Of a DNA stretch of 64,000 nt, positions 18,601 through 27,676 are shown in pieces. Origin of the DNA: an uncultured Acidobacteriaceae bacterium (GTDB lineage: Bacteria; Acidobacteriota; Terriglobia; Terriglobales; Acidobacteriaceae); assembly GCA_963800045.1 (NCBI GenBank), contig CAWCZN010000003.1:260730-324729 (forward strand), written 5' to 3'. Positions within the stretch are counted from its first letter, which is position 1. The number at the start of each line of letters is the position of its first letter. The translations under genes and the position numbers were made by a program. The notes under the pieces were generated by a model. The model did not search any database. It was given only the letters and a program-made list of their open reading frames with translations, and was not told the origin of the DNA.

Positions 18601-19885
18601 AATTCCTATCGGGAAGACGAATATCCTCCCGGGATTTCTGAACGTGGTGCAGGCCTCCGGCGGTCACGGAGCGACCGTGTTCTATGCGGGCGGCAACGGA
18701 AATCTGCAAAGTTGGACGGCCGGGCAGTCCGCGTGGCGGCTACTGGTACCGGCCAGCGCGAGCAACGGGCCTGTCTTCGCCGAGCACGCTGTTCGGTTCT
18801 TCGTCAGCCCGTACCTGCCAAGTCTGATCTATGTTCTGGACACCGACCACATAAAACGCTCGGATGACGGCGGCAAAACTTGGGCGTTGGATTCGGCGCT
18901 GGAGGCCGAGCTGACGTGGGGTAATCGAATCGCAGTCTCCGATCCGAATGCACCGGGGAATGACAATACCAGCGGACTCGGCGATCATTTCGATCTGATA
19001 CTGACGGACATGAAGTTCGACCCCAACAATCCTCTCGTGCGTTTTGCTATTGGCCAGGGCGGGGTGTTCTACACCACTGACGGGGCTGCCTGGAGCCGGT
19101 TGCTGCACACCGGAGCGTTCGCCGGCCGGCCTTCGAGCTGTTACTACGATTGGATTACCAATCCGTCGAATCCCGCTTTGTACGTGTCATTAGCGGGACG
19201 AGGCATCGTAAAGATCGACGGGTTTATGGTTCCCCAGCAGACGGTGACGGTAGTGCCAACCACGCTGACGTTCCCGACGCAACAGGTGGGCACGACCAGT
19301 TTGCAGCAGACCGTCACCGTGACCACCGGCTCCGAAACACTTACAGCCATCTCTCTGGTTAGCGGTTCCCCGGGATCGCCGGTCGACTTCGCCTCCGTAC
19401 CGCCTCCCGGCGCGGCGCTGAACCCTGTAGATGGCCAACTGGTGATTACCGTGTGGTTCCGTCCAACTGCCGGAGGCTCGCGCAACGCGAATCTGGAGAT
19501 CGCGCACAGTGGGGCGGGAAGTCCACTGGTAGTGGAGCTTTCGGGCACGGGGAACGCAGCGCCCTTGCCCCTGTTGAGTGTCTCGCCCACGAGTCTGTTC
19601 TTTAACCCCAAACAAATAACCAACCACGTGGTAACGCTGACCAATACTGGTACCGCGCCAGTGAAGATCAGCAGCATCGTAATCGCCGATTCGAACTTCT
19701 CCATGAGCAACACTTGCGGAGCGGGTGCCGTCACTCTGCAACCTGGCCAGCAGTGCACAATTACCGTGACATGCCATTTTGTCGGGGCAGGGGGGACAAC
19801 CTCGATGGTGATCACTCATGATGCCCCCGGCAGTCCCACTATCGTCGAACTGACGGCGACATCCAAGTCGGGCCTAAACCCGTAG
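15632..19885 (+). CDS. 1417-aa multi-propeller protein: 7 FG-GAP/VCBS-like repeats nested in an Asp-box (BNR/sortilin-like) propeller region, plus two C-terminal Ig-like (choice-of-anchor D / ASH-like) domains
   Basis: Seven 55-aa units have consensus GWQVxxHPRFLxxLTGxGHADIVGFGDAGVxVALGNGDGTFQPA...FGVQQ. Asp-box motifs lie before and after them: SLDSGQSW, SSDGGSTW, SKDAGATF, SFDGGASW, STDGGKTF, SLDGGKSW, RSDDGGKTW, TTDGAAW. The C-terminus has LTFPTQQVGTTSLQQTVTVT...LEIAHSGAGSPLVVELSGTG and a second copy LFFNP...VTLTNTGTAPVKISSIV...ITHDAPGSPTIVELTA. No recognisable signal peptide. Confidence 0.85.
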   Translation: MQITDISPTSANTSATDTNRCVSGRMLSIACAPDGSVLFAGSYSNLWKSLDSGQSWTQLTWPQPPMDQYDVPGSLDGWCAVDIAMTLGWRVEKHPRMLETLTDSGHTDIIGFGDCGVWTALGKGDGSFANPNVVLAAFGYQAGGWKVDLHPRCLATLTDSRHPDIVGFGDAGVWTALGLGNGGFEAAQYVLAAFGVQQGWQVAAHLRLVEDLTGNGHADIVGFGDAGVVVALGSGDGSFQPPLAVYPGFGVQQGWLVAQHPRFLAVTTSSGHLDIVGFGDAGVEVALGNGDGTFQPAMSALADFGVQQGWQVDQHPRFVIDLTGNGHADIVGFGPAGVSVALGNGDGTFQPALPVYPGFGVQQGWQVALHPRFLAVTTASGHADIVGFGDAGVEIALGNGDGTFQPAQSAAAAFGVQQGWQVDRHPRFVASLTKGGFAGIVAFGEAGVSTALSYGDGVFPASNFVLSNFGYQTIVLALMSHDRTLGPLGLGSRGIWRSSDGGSTWSQVHLFSAPQNVGQLEWALGSDHLVYAAGGDSLVVSKDAGATFTEITPWGTGAGKSVNHVAVWQNAPADPYPTVIYALGASCMFLSFDGGASWTEDTATLPANIGGAAHTTANSNTPKVMAISPVNSRQVYIVGNGGDAAAPAMIYLFDYSQFPLVLQKSVPPQILPLPSYLTDASPSGSTQDSGNVFLLATQPGHGDLLFLGGQRPVAYVGPLNPASGSDWQALDSRVHWDLHGILLSPDFAASLQGGNYAASAGTVWMLSDGGIHRSTDGGKTFLPTIGLNTLSVLSVGGVAIAGRGPALSLNTGDNDGFYSLDGGKSWTYQQYGGGDNDCAFADPQRPYSMFIATPRWDTAGTLADHTSDGQTVTIYEASPGSLPNASNNGTSSRHVIPGPPYITYPPSTNGTYPGWNASSGSFSRGSRPVILGLPGEEPPVQGDYVFVLNPELQPSLVRTQSILNISSRDEWQTTATEPVPGTNVYLQGPPIPIGKTNILPGFLNVVQASGGHGATVFYAGGNGNLQSWTAGQSAWRLLVPASASNGPVFAEHAVRFFVSPYLPSLIYVLDTDHIKRSDDGGKTWALDSALEAELTWGNRIAVSDPNAPGNDNTSGLGDHFDLILTDMKFDPNNPLVRFAIGQGGVFYTTDGAAWSRLLHTGAFAGRPSSCYYDWITNPSNPALYVSLAGRGIVKIDGFMVPQQTVTVVPTTLTFPTQQVGTTSLQQTVTVTTGSETLTAISLVSGSPGSPVDFASVPPPGAALNPVDGQLVITVWFRPTAGGSRNANLEIAHSGAGSPLVVELSGTGNAAPLPLLSVSPTSLFFNPKQITNHVVTLTNTGTAPVKISSIVIADSNFSMSNTCGAGAVTLQPGQQCTITVTCHFVGAGGTTSMVITHDAPGSPTIVELTATSKSGLNP
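15893..17047 (+). repeat. Seven in-frame tandem coding repeats, period 165 nt (55 aa)
   Basis: The units start at the GW of GWRVEKHP, GWKVDLHP, GWQVAAHL, GWLVAQHP, GWQVDQHP, GWQVALHP and GWQVDRHP. Their repetitive GC-rich codons also produce several long antisense shadow ORFs in the track. Confidence 0.85.
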
Positions 19886-20288
19886 GCGATGGGCAACGCA
19901 CCGAAGGCTGCCCCGCCCGATGATCGTCGAGAAGTCGTTCAGGGAGACCTCGCCGGACTAATATCGAGAAACGCGCCAGATCTTCCAACGCTATTCGGCG
20001 CGTTTCGCGGCGAAGTCCATATGAGCGCGTTGTCGGCATGTCGTACATGTGACTGCGTTGAGAGTTCCTGACCCAAACAGTGAACGATAAAGGACGATAT
20101 CGTCAGCAAACGCGATAATGTATTTTATCGAGTTAGAGAGGTGATGACGGCATGCAACGAAGGGCACCCCGCTGAGGCTGCCCTCTTTATGTTGTGGACC
20201 AATCAGTAGAACATTCAAATTGTCCTACAAAACGATGAAGCGCCCCTAAGTCACGGAAAGTAAAGCGTTTGGATTTCCCGTTCAAGTA

Positions 20289-20333
20289 CTACGAACCAGA
20301 AGGTCGGGAGTTCGAATCTCTCAGGGCGCGCCA
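20289..20333 (+). pseudogene. Orphan 3' fragment of tRNA-Arg(ACG), from the anticodon loop to CCA (45 nt)
   Basis: CTACGAA CCAGA AGGTC GGGAG TTCGAAT CTCTC AGGGCGC G CCA. This gives a canonical Arg-ACG anticodon loop, 3' anticodon stem, variable loop, T-arm, acceptor 3' strand and CCA. The upstream 5' anticodon-stem strand (expected TCTGG) and the D-arm are absent. The sequence immediately 5' is AT-rich. Confidence 0.55.
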
Positions 20334-20357
20334 TCTAACCTCTGAATCTATCCACAT

Positions 20358-20741
20358 TTAGGCGGCTTTTGAAAGGCTCCTCTTCGCCGGCCGCTTGGGT
20401 ACATCAGGTATAACAGAGGACGTAGGAATCTCGAAGCCAATCCCGACCTGCGCCACGATCTCCTGACGCCACTCTACGTCGTCCTGCAACTGCTCTGCGT
20501 ATTCACGACTGAAGTCACGGTTCTCATGTCCCAGCCAAAACTGTGAACTGGCCCGTGCCGCCGACATATGCTTCGCCAAGCCTTGAGCACTCGTTAGAAG
20601 ATCGGAGTCGGCAGGTAAGTTATTGTATTTAAATAGTTTGTTTCCTTTGATATGTTGGTGAGGGATTATCGTGGAACAAATCGGGGTCATTGCGCCCTCG
20701 CATTGACGCAACGTCCGCCGGGCCCTATCATCAGGCACCAA
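20358..20741 (-). CDS. Hypothetical protein (127 aa), possibly a gene remnant
   Basis: An ORF in an AT-richer segment right next to the tRNA-Arg fragment. [16 protein letters not shown] faintly resembles the LGHxxxxxTxxY box of tyrosine recombinases, but no R-H-R-Y set can be traced. Confidence 0.3.
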   Translation of the reverse strand: MVPDDRARRTLRQCEGAMTPICSTIIPHQHIKGNKLFKYNNLPADSDLLTSAQGLAKHMSAARASSQFWLGHENRDFSREYAEQLQDDVEWRQEIVAQVGIGFEIPTSSVIPDVPKRPAKRSLSKAA

Positions 20742-20757
20742 CTTAGCTCAGATCGAC

Positions 20758-23703
20758 ATGCTCGACTCGACGATCTCGCACTACCGCGTCGTAGGGAAGC
20801 TCGGCGGCGGTGGGATGGGTGTGGTGTACAAGGCCGAGGACATGCGCCTTGGCCGCTTCGTCGCCCTTAAGTTCCTGCCCGAAAAGATAGCCTCCGACCC
20901 CCAGGCGCTGGAACGGTTCCGCCGCGAAGCCCGCGCCGCCTCTGCGCTCAATCATCCCAATATCTGCACCATTCATGACATCGGCGAAGACCAAGGTCGG
21001 GTTTTCATGGTGATGGAGTTCCTGGACGGCGTGACGCTGAAGCACCAGATTGCCAACCGCCCGATGGAGTCGGAGCCGCTGTTGTCTCTCGGCATTGAGG
21101 TCGCCGATGCGCTCGACGCGGCGCATACCGAAGGCATCATTCATCGCGACATCAAGCCAGCCAACATCTTCGTCACCCGTCGCGGTCACGCCAAGATTCT
21201 CGACTTCGGACTGGCGAAGCTGACCGGCAAGGCGGCGGCCACGGCCTCCGATCTCGAGACGGAGATCGTTGGCTCTGACCCACAGCACCTCACCAGCCCC
21301 GGCATCATGCTGGGAACCGTAGCCTTCATGTCGCCCGAGCAGATTCGGGCGAAGGACGTTGACACCCGTACCGACCTGTTTTCCTTTGGTGCGGTGCTAT
21401 ATGAAATGGCCACGGGCAAGATGCCATTTGACGGCGAAAGCTCAGGCGAGATTTGCGGCGCGATTCTGCACACGGAGCCGACACCGGCGTCGCAGCTGAA
21501 TTCGGAGATTACTCCCTCGCTCGAAGCGGTCATCACCAAGGCTTTGGAGAAAGATCGCGATCTCCGCTATCAAACCGCAGCCGAGATGCGCGCTGATTTG
21601 AAGCGTCTGAAGCGCGATGGCGACAGTGGAAGGAGCTCCACTATAGGAATGGGGTTAACGGATGCTCCGTCATCTTCTGCCCTACGCTTGCCGGCTTCGG
21701 GCTCCAGTGTCGCGTTTCCGTCTTCGGCCGTGTCGGGGAAGACGGCTCCGTCGCCTGCGTCTGCCGGATCTGCCCCAGAGCAACCGACACGATGGAAGGC
21801 CGTCGGCATTGTCGCGGCGATCGCTGCTCTGGTTGTGCTTGGCTGCTTTTTCTACTGGCGTCACGCGCAGAAGAACACCTTCGCTACCCAAGACACTATC
21901 GTCCTCGCCGACTTCACCAACACCACGGGCGAAGACGTGTTCGACGAAACGCTGAAGCAGGCTCTGGCGATCAAGCTGGAAGAGTCACCGTACCTCAAGC
22001 TCCTGCCAGACAGTACCGCGCGTTCGACACTCAAGCTAATGAACATGCCTGTAGATACGCGCCTGGCGAGCGACGTTGCTCGCGAACTCTGCCAGCGCAG
22101 TAATAGTCGCGCGGTGCTGGACAGCTCGATCGGCATGGTGGGCTCGCATTATCTGATCGGGTTGCGGGCGATCGATTGCCAGAGCGGCGCGCCCCTGGCC
22201 AGCTCGCAAGCGGAAGCCGCAAACCGGGATGACGTTCTAAAGCAACTCGGCAGCGCGGCTGATAATCTCCGCGGCAAGCTCGGCGAATCGCTGGCTTCGG
22301 TGCAACGCAACAACAAGCCTCTCGATCAGGCGACAACCTCTTCGCTCGATGCGTTGAAGGCGTTCAGCGAAGGCCGCGCGCTGCAATGGCAAAAGGGCGA
22401 TGCCGCTTCCATTCCCTTTCACCAGCGCGCCGTTGAGCTCGATCCGAACTTTGCTCGCGCGTATGCGTCGCTAGGCATGGCCCAATACAACATCGGCGAG
22501 TACAGCACCTCTGCTAAGAGTTTCGCGAAAGCATTTGAACTGCGCGATCGCGTCAGCGAGCGTGAGAAGTTCTACATCGAGACCTGCTACTACAGCTTCG
22601 TCACCGGCGAACTGCTCAAAGCCGATGACATTTATCGGCAGTGGATCGCTGCGTATCCGGACGACTCCGCTCCATATGCCAATCTATCGCTGAACTTGGT
22701 TGCGCTCGGCGACTACGAGAAGGTGGTTGATGCCGCACGGCAAGCTATTCGCTTACGACCGGAGTCTGGCTCCGGACATGGGCAGCTGCTTACAGCTTAC
22801 GTTAGCCTGGATCGCTTGGATGAGGCCAAGAGCGTATACGATCAGGCGCTCCCGTTGCATCCCAACATGGAATACCTGCGCGAGCAGCGATACTATATCG
22901 CCTTTCTTCAGAACGACGAAGCCGGCATGCAACAGCAGTTGGACTGGTCGAAGGCAAAACCCTACGACCATTCACAGATGCTGCTGGCCGCTTCGCTAAC
23001 CGCGGCCTATCACGGAGAGCTCTCGAAAGCTCGGGGCCTGATTCAGCAGGCGGAGCAGGAGGCCAAAGCCGCCGACGATGCCGAGCAGGGTGTACTGATG
23101 ATGGCTGTTCAAGCCGGAATCGAGGCTGAGTTCGGCAATCTCGACTTGGCCCGGCAGGAGGCGACGGCCGCACTACAAACACAGAGTACGCGTGACGTGA
23201 AGACACTGGTTGCCGTAGCCCAGGCCGCAGCCGACGACACCACAAGCGCACAAAAGCTCGCCGATGAGTTGAGTAGCCAGTTCCCGCTCGACACCATTAT
23301 CCAGTCTTACTGGCAGCCCGTAATTCGCGGTAGGGTAGCTATCCACGCCAGACAGCCCCAGCAGGCGATCACCACCCTGGAGGTCGCGCTTCCCTATGAT
23401 CTCGGTCAGCCGGGTTACTGGTCGGGGTATCCGATATACGTTCGCGGCATGGCTTACCTGCAAGCAGGAGAAGCGCAGAAGGCCATCGCAGAATTCAACC
23501 GGATCGTGAAGCATCGCGGCGTCGTGCGCAATTGCCCCCTGGGCTCGCTCGCTCATCTGCAACTGGCCCGAGCCCAGGTTGCCGGCGGAGACGCAAGCGC
23601 GGCACGCGTGTCCTATCAGGACTTCCTCGCGCTCTGGAAGAATGCCGATCCGGACATTCCCATCTACCAGCAAGCCAAGAGCGAGTACGCGAGGCTGCAA
23701 TAG
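20758..23703 (+). CDS. Hanks-type Ser/Thr protein kinase with one TM segment and a large TPR sensor domain
   Basis: [29 protein letters not shown] and [10 protein letters not shown] define the kinase. The TM segment is [23 protein letters not shown]-like repeats run to the C-terminus, which ends [26 protein letters not shown]. Confidence 0.92.
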   Translation: MLDSTISHYRVVGKLGGGGMGVVYKAEDMRLGRFVALKFLPEKIASDPQALERFRREARAASALNHPNICTIHDIGEDQGRVFMVMEFLDGVTLKHQIANRPMESEPLLSLGIEVADALDAAHTEGIIHRDIKPANIFVTRRGHAKILDFGLAKLTGKAAATASDLETEIVGSDPQHLTSPGIMLGTVAFMSPEQIRAKDVDTRTDLFSFGAVLYEMATGKMPFDGESSGEICGAILHTEPTPASQLNSEITPSLEAVITKALEKDRDLRYQTAAEMRADLKRLKRDGDSGRSSTIGMGLTDAPSSSALRLPASGSSVAFPSSAVSGKTAPSPASAGSAPEQPTRWKAVGIVAAIAALVVLGCFFYWRHAQKNTFATQDTIVLADFTNTTGEDVFDETLKQALAIKLEESPYLKLLPDSTARSTLKLMNMPVDTRLASDVARELCQRSNSRAVLDSSIGMVGSHYLIGLRAIDCQSGAPLASSQAEAANRDDVLKQLGSAADNLRGKLGESLASVQRNNKPLDQATTSSLDALKAFSEGRALQWQKGDAASIPFHQRAVELDPNFARAYASLGMAQYNIGEYSTSAKSFAKAFELRDRVSEREKFYIETCYYSFVTGELLKADDIYRQWIAAYPDDSAPYANLSLNLVALGDYEKVVDAARQAIRLRPESGSGHGQLLTAYVSLDRLDEAKSVYDQALPLHPNMEYLREQRYYIAFLQNDEAGMQQQLDWSKAKPYDHSQMLLAASLTAAYHGELSKARGLIQQAEQEAKAADDAEQGVLMMAVQAGIEAEFGNLDLARQEATAALQTQSTRDVKTLVAVAQAAADDTTSAQKLADELSSQFPLDTIIQSYWQPVIRGRVAIHARQPQQAITTLEVALPYDLGQPGYWSGYPIYVRGMAYLQAGEAQKAIAEFNRIVKHRGVVRNCPLGSLAHLQLARAQVAGGDASAARVSYQDFLALWKNADPDIPIYQQAKSEYARLQ

Positions 23704-23848
23704 CTGCTGGCTTTTTGGGATCACTTGTCCGACACGCCTACTACACGTCCAAGCGAAACCTCCTCCAAGAAGACTTCTGGGGATTCCGTTCATCATGGTC
23801 TTTGAATCGGTGTGATCTCCGCGGTTGCTCGGACTACTGCAACTTTGC

Positions 23849-24130
23849 TTATTCCGCTTTAGCTTGGATGAGGATGGGAGCGACGGGGTCGGCGTCCTTC
23901 CAGAGCGTGAGGAAGTCTTGCTAGGAAGTACGAGCTTTGGTCGTGTCGCCCTAAATGGCATAGGCGCGAGCCAGTTCGAGACGGTCCAGCGCTCCCCAAG
24001 CTATGTTGGCCGTCAGTCCTGGGTGGTCAATGAACTTATGAAATTCGCCTGCGGCCGTTCGGCCATCACGCAACATCAGGCGAGCTTCTGCTCGCAAGTA
24101 GGCTGGAATGATCAGGTGCCAAGCCCAAAC
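23849..24130 (-). pseudogene. Decayed C-terminal remnant of a TPR-kinase paralog, tail-to-tail with 20758..23703
   Basis: Minus-strand translation gives VWAWHLIIPAYLRAEARLMLRDGRTAAGEFHKFIDHPGLTANIAWGALDRLELARAYAI*GDTTKARTS*QDFLTLWKDADPVAPILIQAKAE*. It is collinear with the last ~95 aa of the intact kinase ([29 protein letters not shown]...[25 protein letters not shown]). There are two in-frame TAG stops (+ strand 23951-23953 and 23921-23923) and nothing recognisable upstream. Confidence 0.7.
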
Positions 24131-24366
24131 TCGACTGCGCCCGCCACCTGCACCGTTCGAGCGCCAGGTTCAGAAATTGGTCGGCGTTGCAGTATCCCAT
24201 TCGGAAATCACAGCCTAAGCTGTAAGGAGATTAGCCAGGGAACCCATCAGCCCTGAATGGGCGGCATGGATTTCCCACAATGGGAGACGGGGTAGATATT
24301 GCGGGACTAATCCCTACTATTTCGATAGACATAGTAGTAAGCTGCTGTCTTTGGAGACTGCAGCCG

Positions 24367-24867
24367 ATGAAGATTTCACAGAAGGGGCTCTACGCTTTGC
24401 AGGCCATGATGCGACTAGCCAGACGATATAACGAGGGCGCTATTCGTATACGTGAAATTGCTTATGACGAAGGTCTGCCCGAGAAGTTTCTCGAACTCAT
24501 CCTCCTCGAACTGAAGAATGCGCGGCTGGTGGAAAGCGTTCGTGGGGCCAAGGGCGGTTATAGGCTTCGCCGGCCTCCCTCGGAAATCTTTCTCGCCGAG
24601 ATCATCCGCTTGATGGACGGAGCGCTGGCGCCATTTGGCGACGCCGAGCAACTTCGTACCCTGATCGAGAACGACGTGGAGCATCGCGCTTTATACCAAG
24701 TATTCCTGGACGTGCGCGATCAGGCTGCAAGGATCTTCGAGAACACCTCTCTCGCTGACATCATCGAGGACGTCGCCCCGAATCACAAAAAAAAGAAGCG
24801 CGAAGTCGAGCACACCGCACCGCGTGTGTTGCCGATGATACCGGCGCGCAATCGTAATGAGAAATGA
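24367..24867 (+). CDS. Rrf2-family transcriptional regulator, cysteine-free
   Basis: MKISQKGLYALQAMMRLARRY...IREIAYDEGLPEKFLELILLELKNARLVESVRGAKGGYRL is the Rrf2 wHTH. The 166-aa sequence contains no Cys, so it cannot ligate an IscR/NsrR-type cluster. Confidence 0.9.
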   Translation: MKISQKGLYALQAMMRLARRYNEGAIRIREIAYDEGLPEKFLELILLELKNARLVESVRGAKGGYRLRRPPSEIFLAEIIRLMDGALAPFGDAEQLRTLIENDVEHRALYQVFLDVRDQAARIFENTSLADIIEDVAPNHKKKKREVEHTAPRVLPMIPARNRNEK

Positions 24868-24894
24868 TTCGTAAGAACCGTTGCAGGAGAACGA

Positions 24895-25743
24895 ATGACG
24901 AACTCTCGTGTATTAGATCAGCCCATCGCGGCCAGAACCCGCAAGATTGACACCATCACTGTCCTTGGGGGACAAGGCAAGAACGGTGCTCCCGAACCAC
25001 TGCGTCAGCTCGATCTTGAAATGGGCGACATCGTGAGCATTGTCGGACCCACCGGCTGCGGTAAAACGACGTTGATCAACGACATCGAGTTGTACGCCAA
25101 CGGGGACACTCCGACGCGACGGACCGTTCTGATTAACGGCGAGCCTCTTCCTGAGGACTACTTGTCGGACCCTTCTTCCAATCCAATCGCGCTGATTTCC
25201 CAGCACACAAACTTCCTCTCCGATCTCCCGGTAAATGTGTTTCTGGAGACGCACGCTCGTATTCGCGGCGTAGCTTCGCCGACTCGCGCGGTGGAGGAAA
25301 CGGTGGAATTCGCCAATCAACTTACCGGCGAACCCATCATCCTGGAGAACGCGATGACCGAGCTTTCCGGGGGGCAGACTCGGTCGCTGCTGATTGCGGA
25401 CGCCATCATCATCGGCAACTCGCCGATCATCCTCCTTGACGAAATTGAAAATGCCGGAATTCATCGAACCCGCGCTCTAGAAATGCTCAAGGGCTACGAG
25501 AAGATCTTCATTTTTGTCACCCATGATCCGCGCATCGCCCTGCTGTCGGATTACCGCATCGTGATGCGTGACGGGGCCATGCAGAAGCTGATCGTCACCA
25601 AGGATGAGGAAAAGGAGGTCGCCCAAGAGATTCTCAAGCTTGATGACCTCCTGCTGGGGCTTCGTCAGCGTATTCGCCTTGGCGAGGAACTGGGAGTCGA
25701 ACAACTCCACGGACAGCTTCGCGATCTGGGATACATCGCCTGA
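24895..25743 (+). CDS. Soluble ABC-type ATPase with no cognate permease nearby
   Basis: Walker A GPTGCGKTT, Q-loop ISQH, signature LSGGQTR, Walker B ILLDEIENAG, H-loop VTHD. The neighbours are a regulator and a GTPase, not membrane proteins. Confidence 0.85.
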   Translation: MTNSRVLDQPIAARTRKIDTITVLGGQGKNGAPEPLRQLDLEMGDIVSIVGPTGCGKTTLINDIELYANGDTPTRRTVLINGEPLPEDYLSDPSSNPIALISQHTNFLSDLPVNVFLETHARIRGVASPTRAVEETVEFANQLTGEPIILENAMTELSGGQTRSLLIADAIIIGNSPIILLDEIENAGIHRTRALEMLKGYEKIFIFVTHDPRIALLSDYRIVMRDGAMQKLIVTKDEEKEVAQEILKLDDLLLGLRQRIRLGEELGVEQLHGQLRDLGYIA

Positions 25744-25750
25744 GGGAATC

Positions 25751-26452
25751 ATGAAACTGGTTATTTGTGCGGGACCTCCTACGTGTGGCAAGACCACTGT
25801 TTTGCGGCAAGTCACCAAACGCCTTTTAGCTAAACAGCGCAAAGTCAGTTTTCTGAAGATCGACGTGCAGTATGCCGACGAAGACGAGATCTTTCAGAAA
25901 GAGTTTTCCATCCCGACGCGCAAGGTTTACTCCGGGGAGCTTTGTCCCGATCACTGTACTGTGATGGTGCTTGGCGATGCATTGCATTGGGCTGAGCAAA
26001 GCGGTGCAGACCTCTTGATTGTCGAGACAGCTGGGCTGTGTTTGCGCTGCTCCCCCTACGTCGAAGGACTTCTCGGGCTGGTCGTACTAGAAGCCACCAG
26101 CGGTATGAACCTTCCGCGCAAGATCGGACCGATGCTTTCGTTGGCCGATGTGGCTGTCGTAACCAAGATCGATCTGGTCTCGCAAGCCGAGCGCGAGGTT
26201 TTCCGGGCTCGCATCCAGGAAGCGGCGCCGGCGACGGCAATCGTTGAATCCAACGCGCTCTACGGTATTGGGATCGAGCCCCTGGTACGCGGAATCGAGC
26301 GCGCTGCCGAAGTTGAACCTCCTCTGTTCCTGCGGGGCAATCCACCCATCGGTACTTGCACTATCTGTGTCGGGAAGAAGGAGATCGGCTGGCAGTCACA
26401 CTTCGGAGTTGTCCGAGCGCTGGAGAACCAGAACTTCTATCGCGGGGAGTGA
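25751..26452 (+). CDS. G3E-like P-loop GTPase (HypB/UreG/CobW-type metallochaperone fold), Cys-rich
   Basis: MKLVICAGPPTCGKTT is the Walker A. LIVETAGL is the Walker B / switch II. VVTKIDL is an NKxD-like motif. Cys/His motifs are ELCPDHC, GLCLRCSPY and GTCTICVGKK. The start at 25751 has GAGGGA upstream and lies 7 nt after the previous stop. Confidence 0.75.
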   Translation: MKLVICAGPPTCGKTTVLRQVTKRLLAKQRKVSFLKIDVQYADEDEIFQKEFSIPTRKVYSGELCPDHCTVMVLGDALHWAEQSGADLLIVETAGLCLRCSPYVEGLLGLVVLEATSGMNLPRKIGPMLSLADVAVVTKIDLVSQAEREVFRARIQEAAPATAIVESNALYGIGIEPLVRGIERAAEVEPPLFLRGNPPIGTCTICVGKKEIGWQSHFGVVRALENQNFYRGE

Positions 26453-26455
26453 GAT

Positions 26456-27658
26456 ATGGCGGACCGCATCTACTTCGATCACTCCGCCACCACGCCGCTG
26501 GATCACCGGGTTGCGATGGCCATGGACCTGGCGGAGGAGACATTCGGTAATCCTTCCAGCCTGCACTCCGAGGGACGCCATGCCCGTGCCCAGGTCGAGA
26601 AAGCGCGAGGCCAAGTGGCTGCGCTAATCCACGCGAACCCGGAAGAGATCATATTTACATCGAGCGGCACCGAGTCCGACAACCTGGCTTTGCTGGGTGT
26701 CTTCCGCGACAGCGATCAAAGCTCTCCGGGCCACATGATCACGAGTGCAATCGAGCATCCCGCGATTATCGAGACTTGCCGGTTTCTGGAGCGGACTGGT
26801 GTCGAAGTGACGTGCCTCGGTGTAGATGCGAACGGACTCGTGGATCCCGATGACCTGACGAAGGCGATGCGGCCCGAAACTCGGCTGGTTTCTATTATGG
26901 CTGCGAACAATGTGGTGGGAACTCTGCAGCCCATCGCAGAATTAGCTCGCATCACGAAGGAACATGGAGCCCTGTTTCATACCGATGCAGTGCAATCCAC
27001 AGGCAAAGTGCCGCTCGATGTGACTCGGATACCGGTAGACATGGTGTCGATGTCGGCCCATAAGCTGCATGGCCCGAAGGGTGTGGGCGGGCTCTTCGTT
27101 CGCGAGAATCTTCGAAAAGGTGGTCGCAACGGAGCACGCCTGCAGCCGGTGGTCTTCGGCGGAGGACAAGAATACGGCCTTCGCTCTGCCACCGAGAACG
27201 TCAGTGGAATCGTCGGATTCGGCGCGGCGGCTGAACTGGCCGCCTCTGAGATGACCGGCGAAGCGGCGCGACTGGTCCAGTTGCGTGAATACCTGTCAGA
27301 CGGTCTGCGAGAGCAACTTCCTCAGACCTACCTGATCGGCCATCCCTTCAAGCGGCTCCCCGGGCATCTTTGCCTGGGATTCGCCGGGCAGGAGGGGGAG
27401 GCGATCCGATTATTGCTCAGTCTGGACGAAGCCGGCGTGGCGATTTCATCCGGCAGCGCTTGCAGTGCCCACAAAGTATCCGAACCTTCATATGTTCTGC
27501 TCGCGATGGGATTCAATCCTATCCGCGCGCGAGGTTCTCTTCGTATCACCCTTGGACGCTTCAATACGAACGCGGAAGTCGACCGCCTTCTTGAGATTTT
27601 GCCGCAAGTGGTGAATTCACTCAGGCCGGTCGCCAGTTACGCCGGCTTTAGCCGCTAA
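26456..27658 (+). CDS. nifS: Cysteine desulfurase, NifS/IscS type (class V aminotransferase)
   Basis: YFDHSATTP, FTSSGTESDN, SMSAHKLHGPKG (PLP-lysine context) and SSGSACSA (active-site Cys loop). 400 aa. The start lies 3 nt after the GTPase stop. Confidence 0.92.
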   Translation: MADRIYFDHSATTPLDHRVAMAMDLAEETFGNPSSLHSEGRHARAQVEKARGQVAALIHANPEEIIFTSSGTESDNLALLGVFRDSDQSSPGHMITSAIEHPAIIETCRFLERTGVEVTCLGVDANGLVDPDDLTKAMRPETRLVSIMAANNVVGTLQPIAELARITKEHGALFHTDAVQSTGKVPLDVTRIPVDMVSMSAHKLHGPKGVGGLFVRENLRKGGRNGARLQPVVFGGGQEYGLRSATENVSGIVGFGAAAELAASEMTGEAARLVQLREYLSDGLREQLPQTYLIGHPFKRLPGHLCLGFAGQEGEAIRLLLSLDEAGVAISSGSACSAHKVSEPSYVLLAMGFNPIRARGSLRITLGRFNTNAEVDRLLEILPQVVNSLRPVASYAGFSR

Positions 27659-27676
27659 TTAAGGGAGATGCTTACG

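Noticed and set aside
15319-19815. Long antisense or overlapping ORFs in the track, for example 15319..16026(-), 16595..17074(-), 17093..17638(-), 19144..19815(-). Elsewhere: 29795..30514(-), 30554..31294(-), 42423..43094(+), 43171..43833(-), 50242..51012(+), 53904..55181(+), 55260..56381(+), 23173..23961(-), 5383..6135(+).
   Set aside because: These are shadow ORFs typical of GC-rich coding DNA. Their translations are Arg/Pro/Gly-rich with no motifs. Each lies fully inside a gene on the other strand or frame that has clear family signatures.
20240-20333. Possible complete long tRNA (class II or tRNA-Sec). GCGCCCC at 20240 can pair with AGGGCGC before the CCA, giving a 94-nt molecule.
   Set aside because: No D-arm and no 5' anticodon-stem strand are present. 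No UCA anticodon loop has a flanking stem, and pair 7-66 of the acceptor is mismatched. Only the 3' 45 nt are tRNA-like.
20358-20741. Calling this ORF a tyrosine integrase remnant
   Set aside because: Only a faint LGHxxxxxxxxY-like resemblance exists, and the catalytic R/H/R/Y residues cannot be aligned. It is kept as hypothetical.
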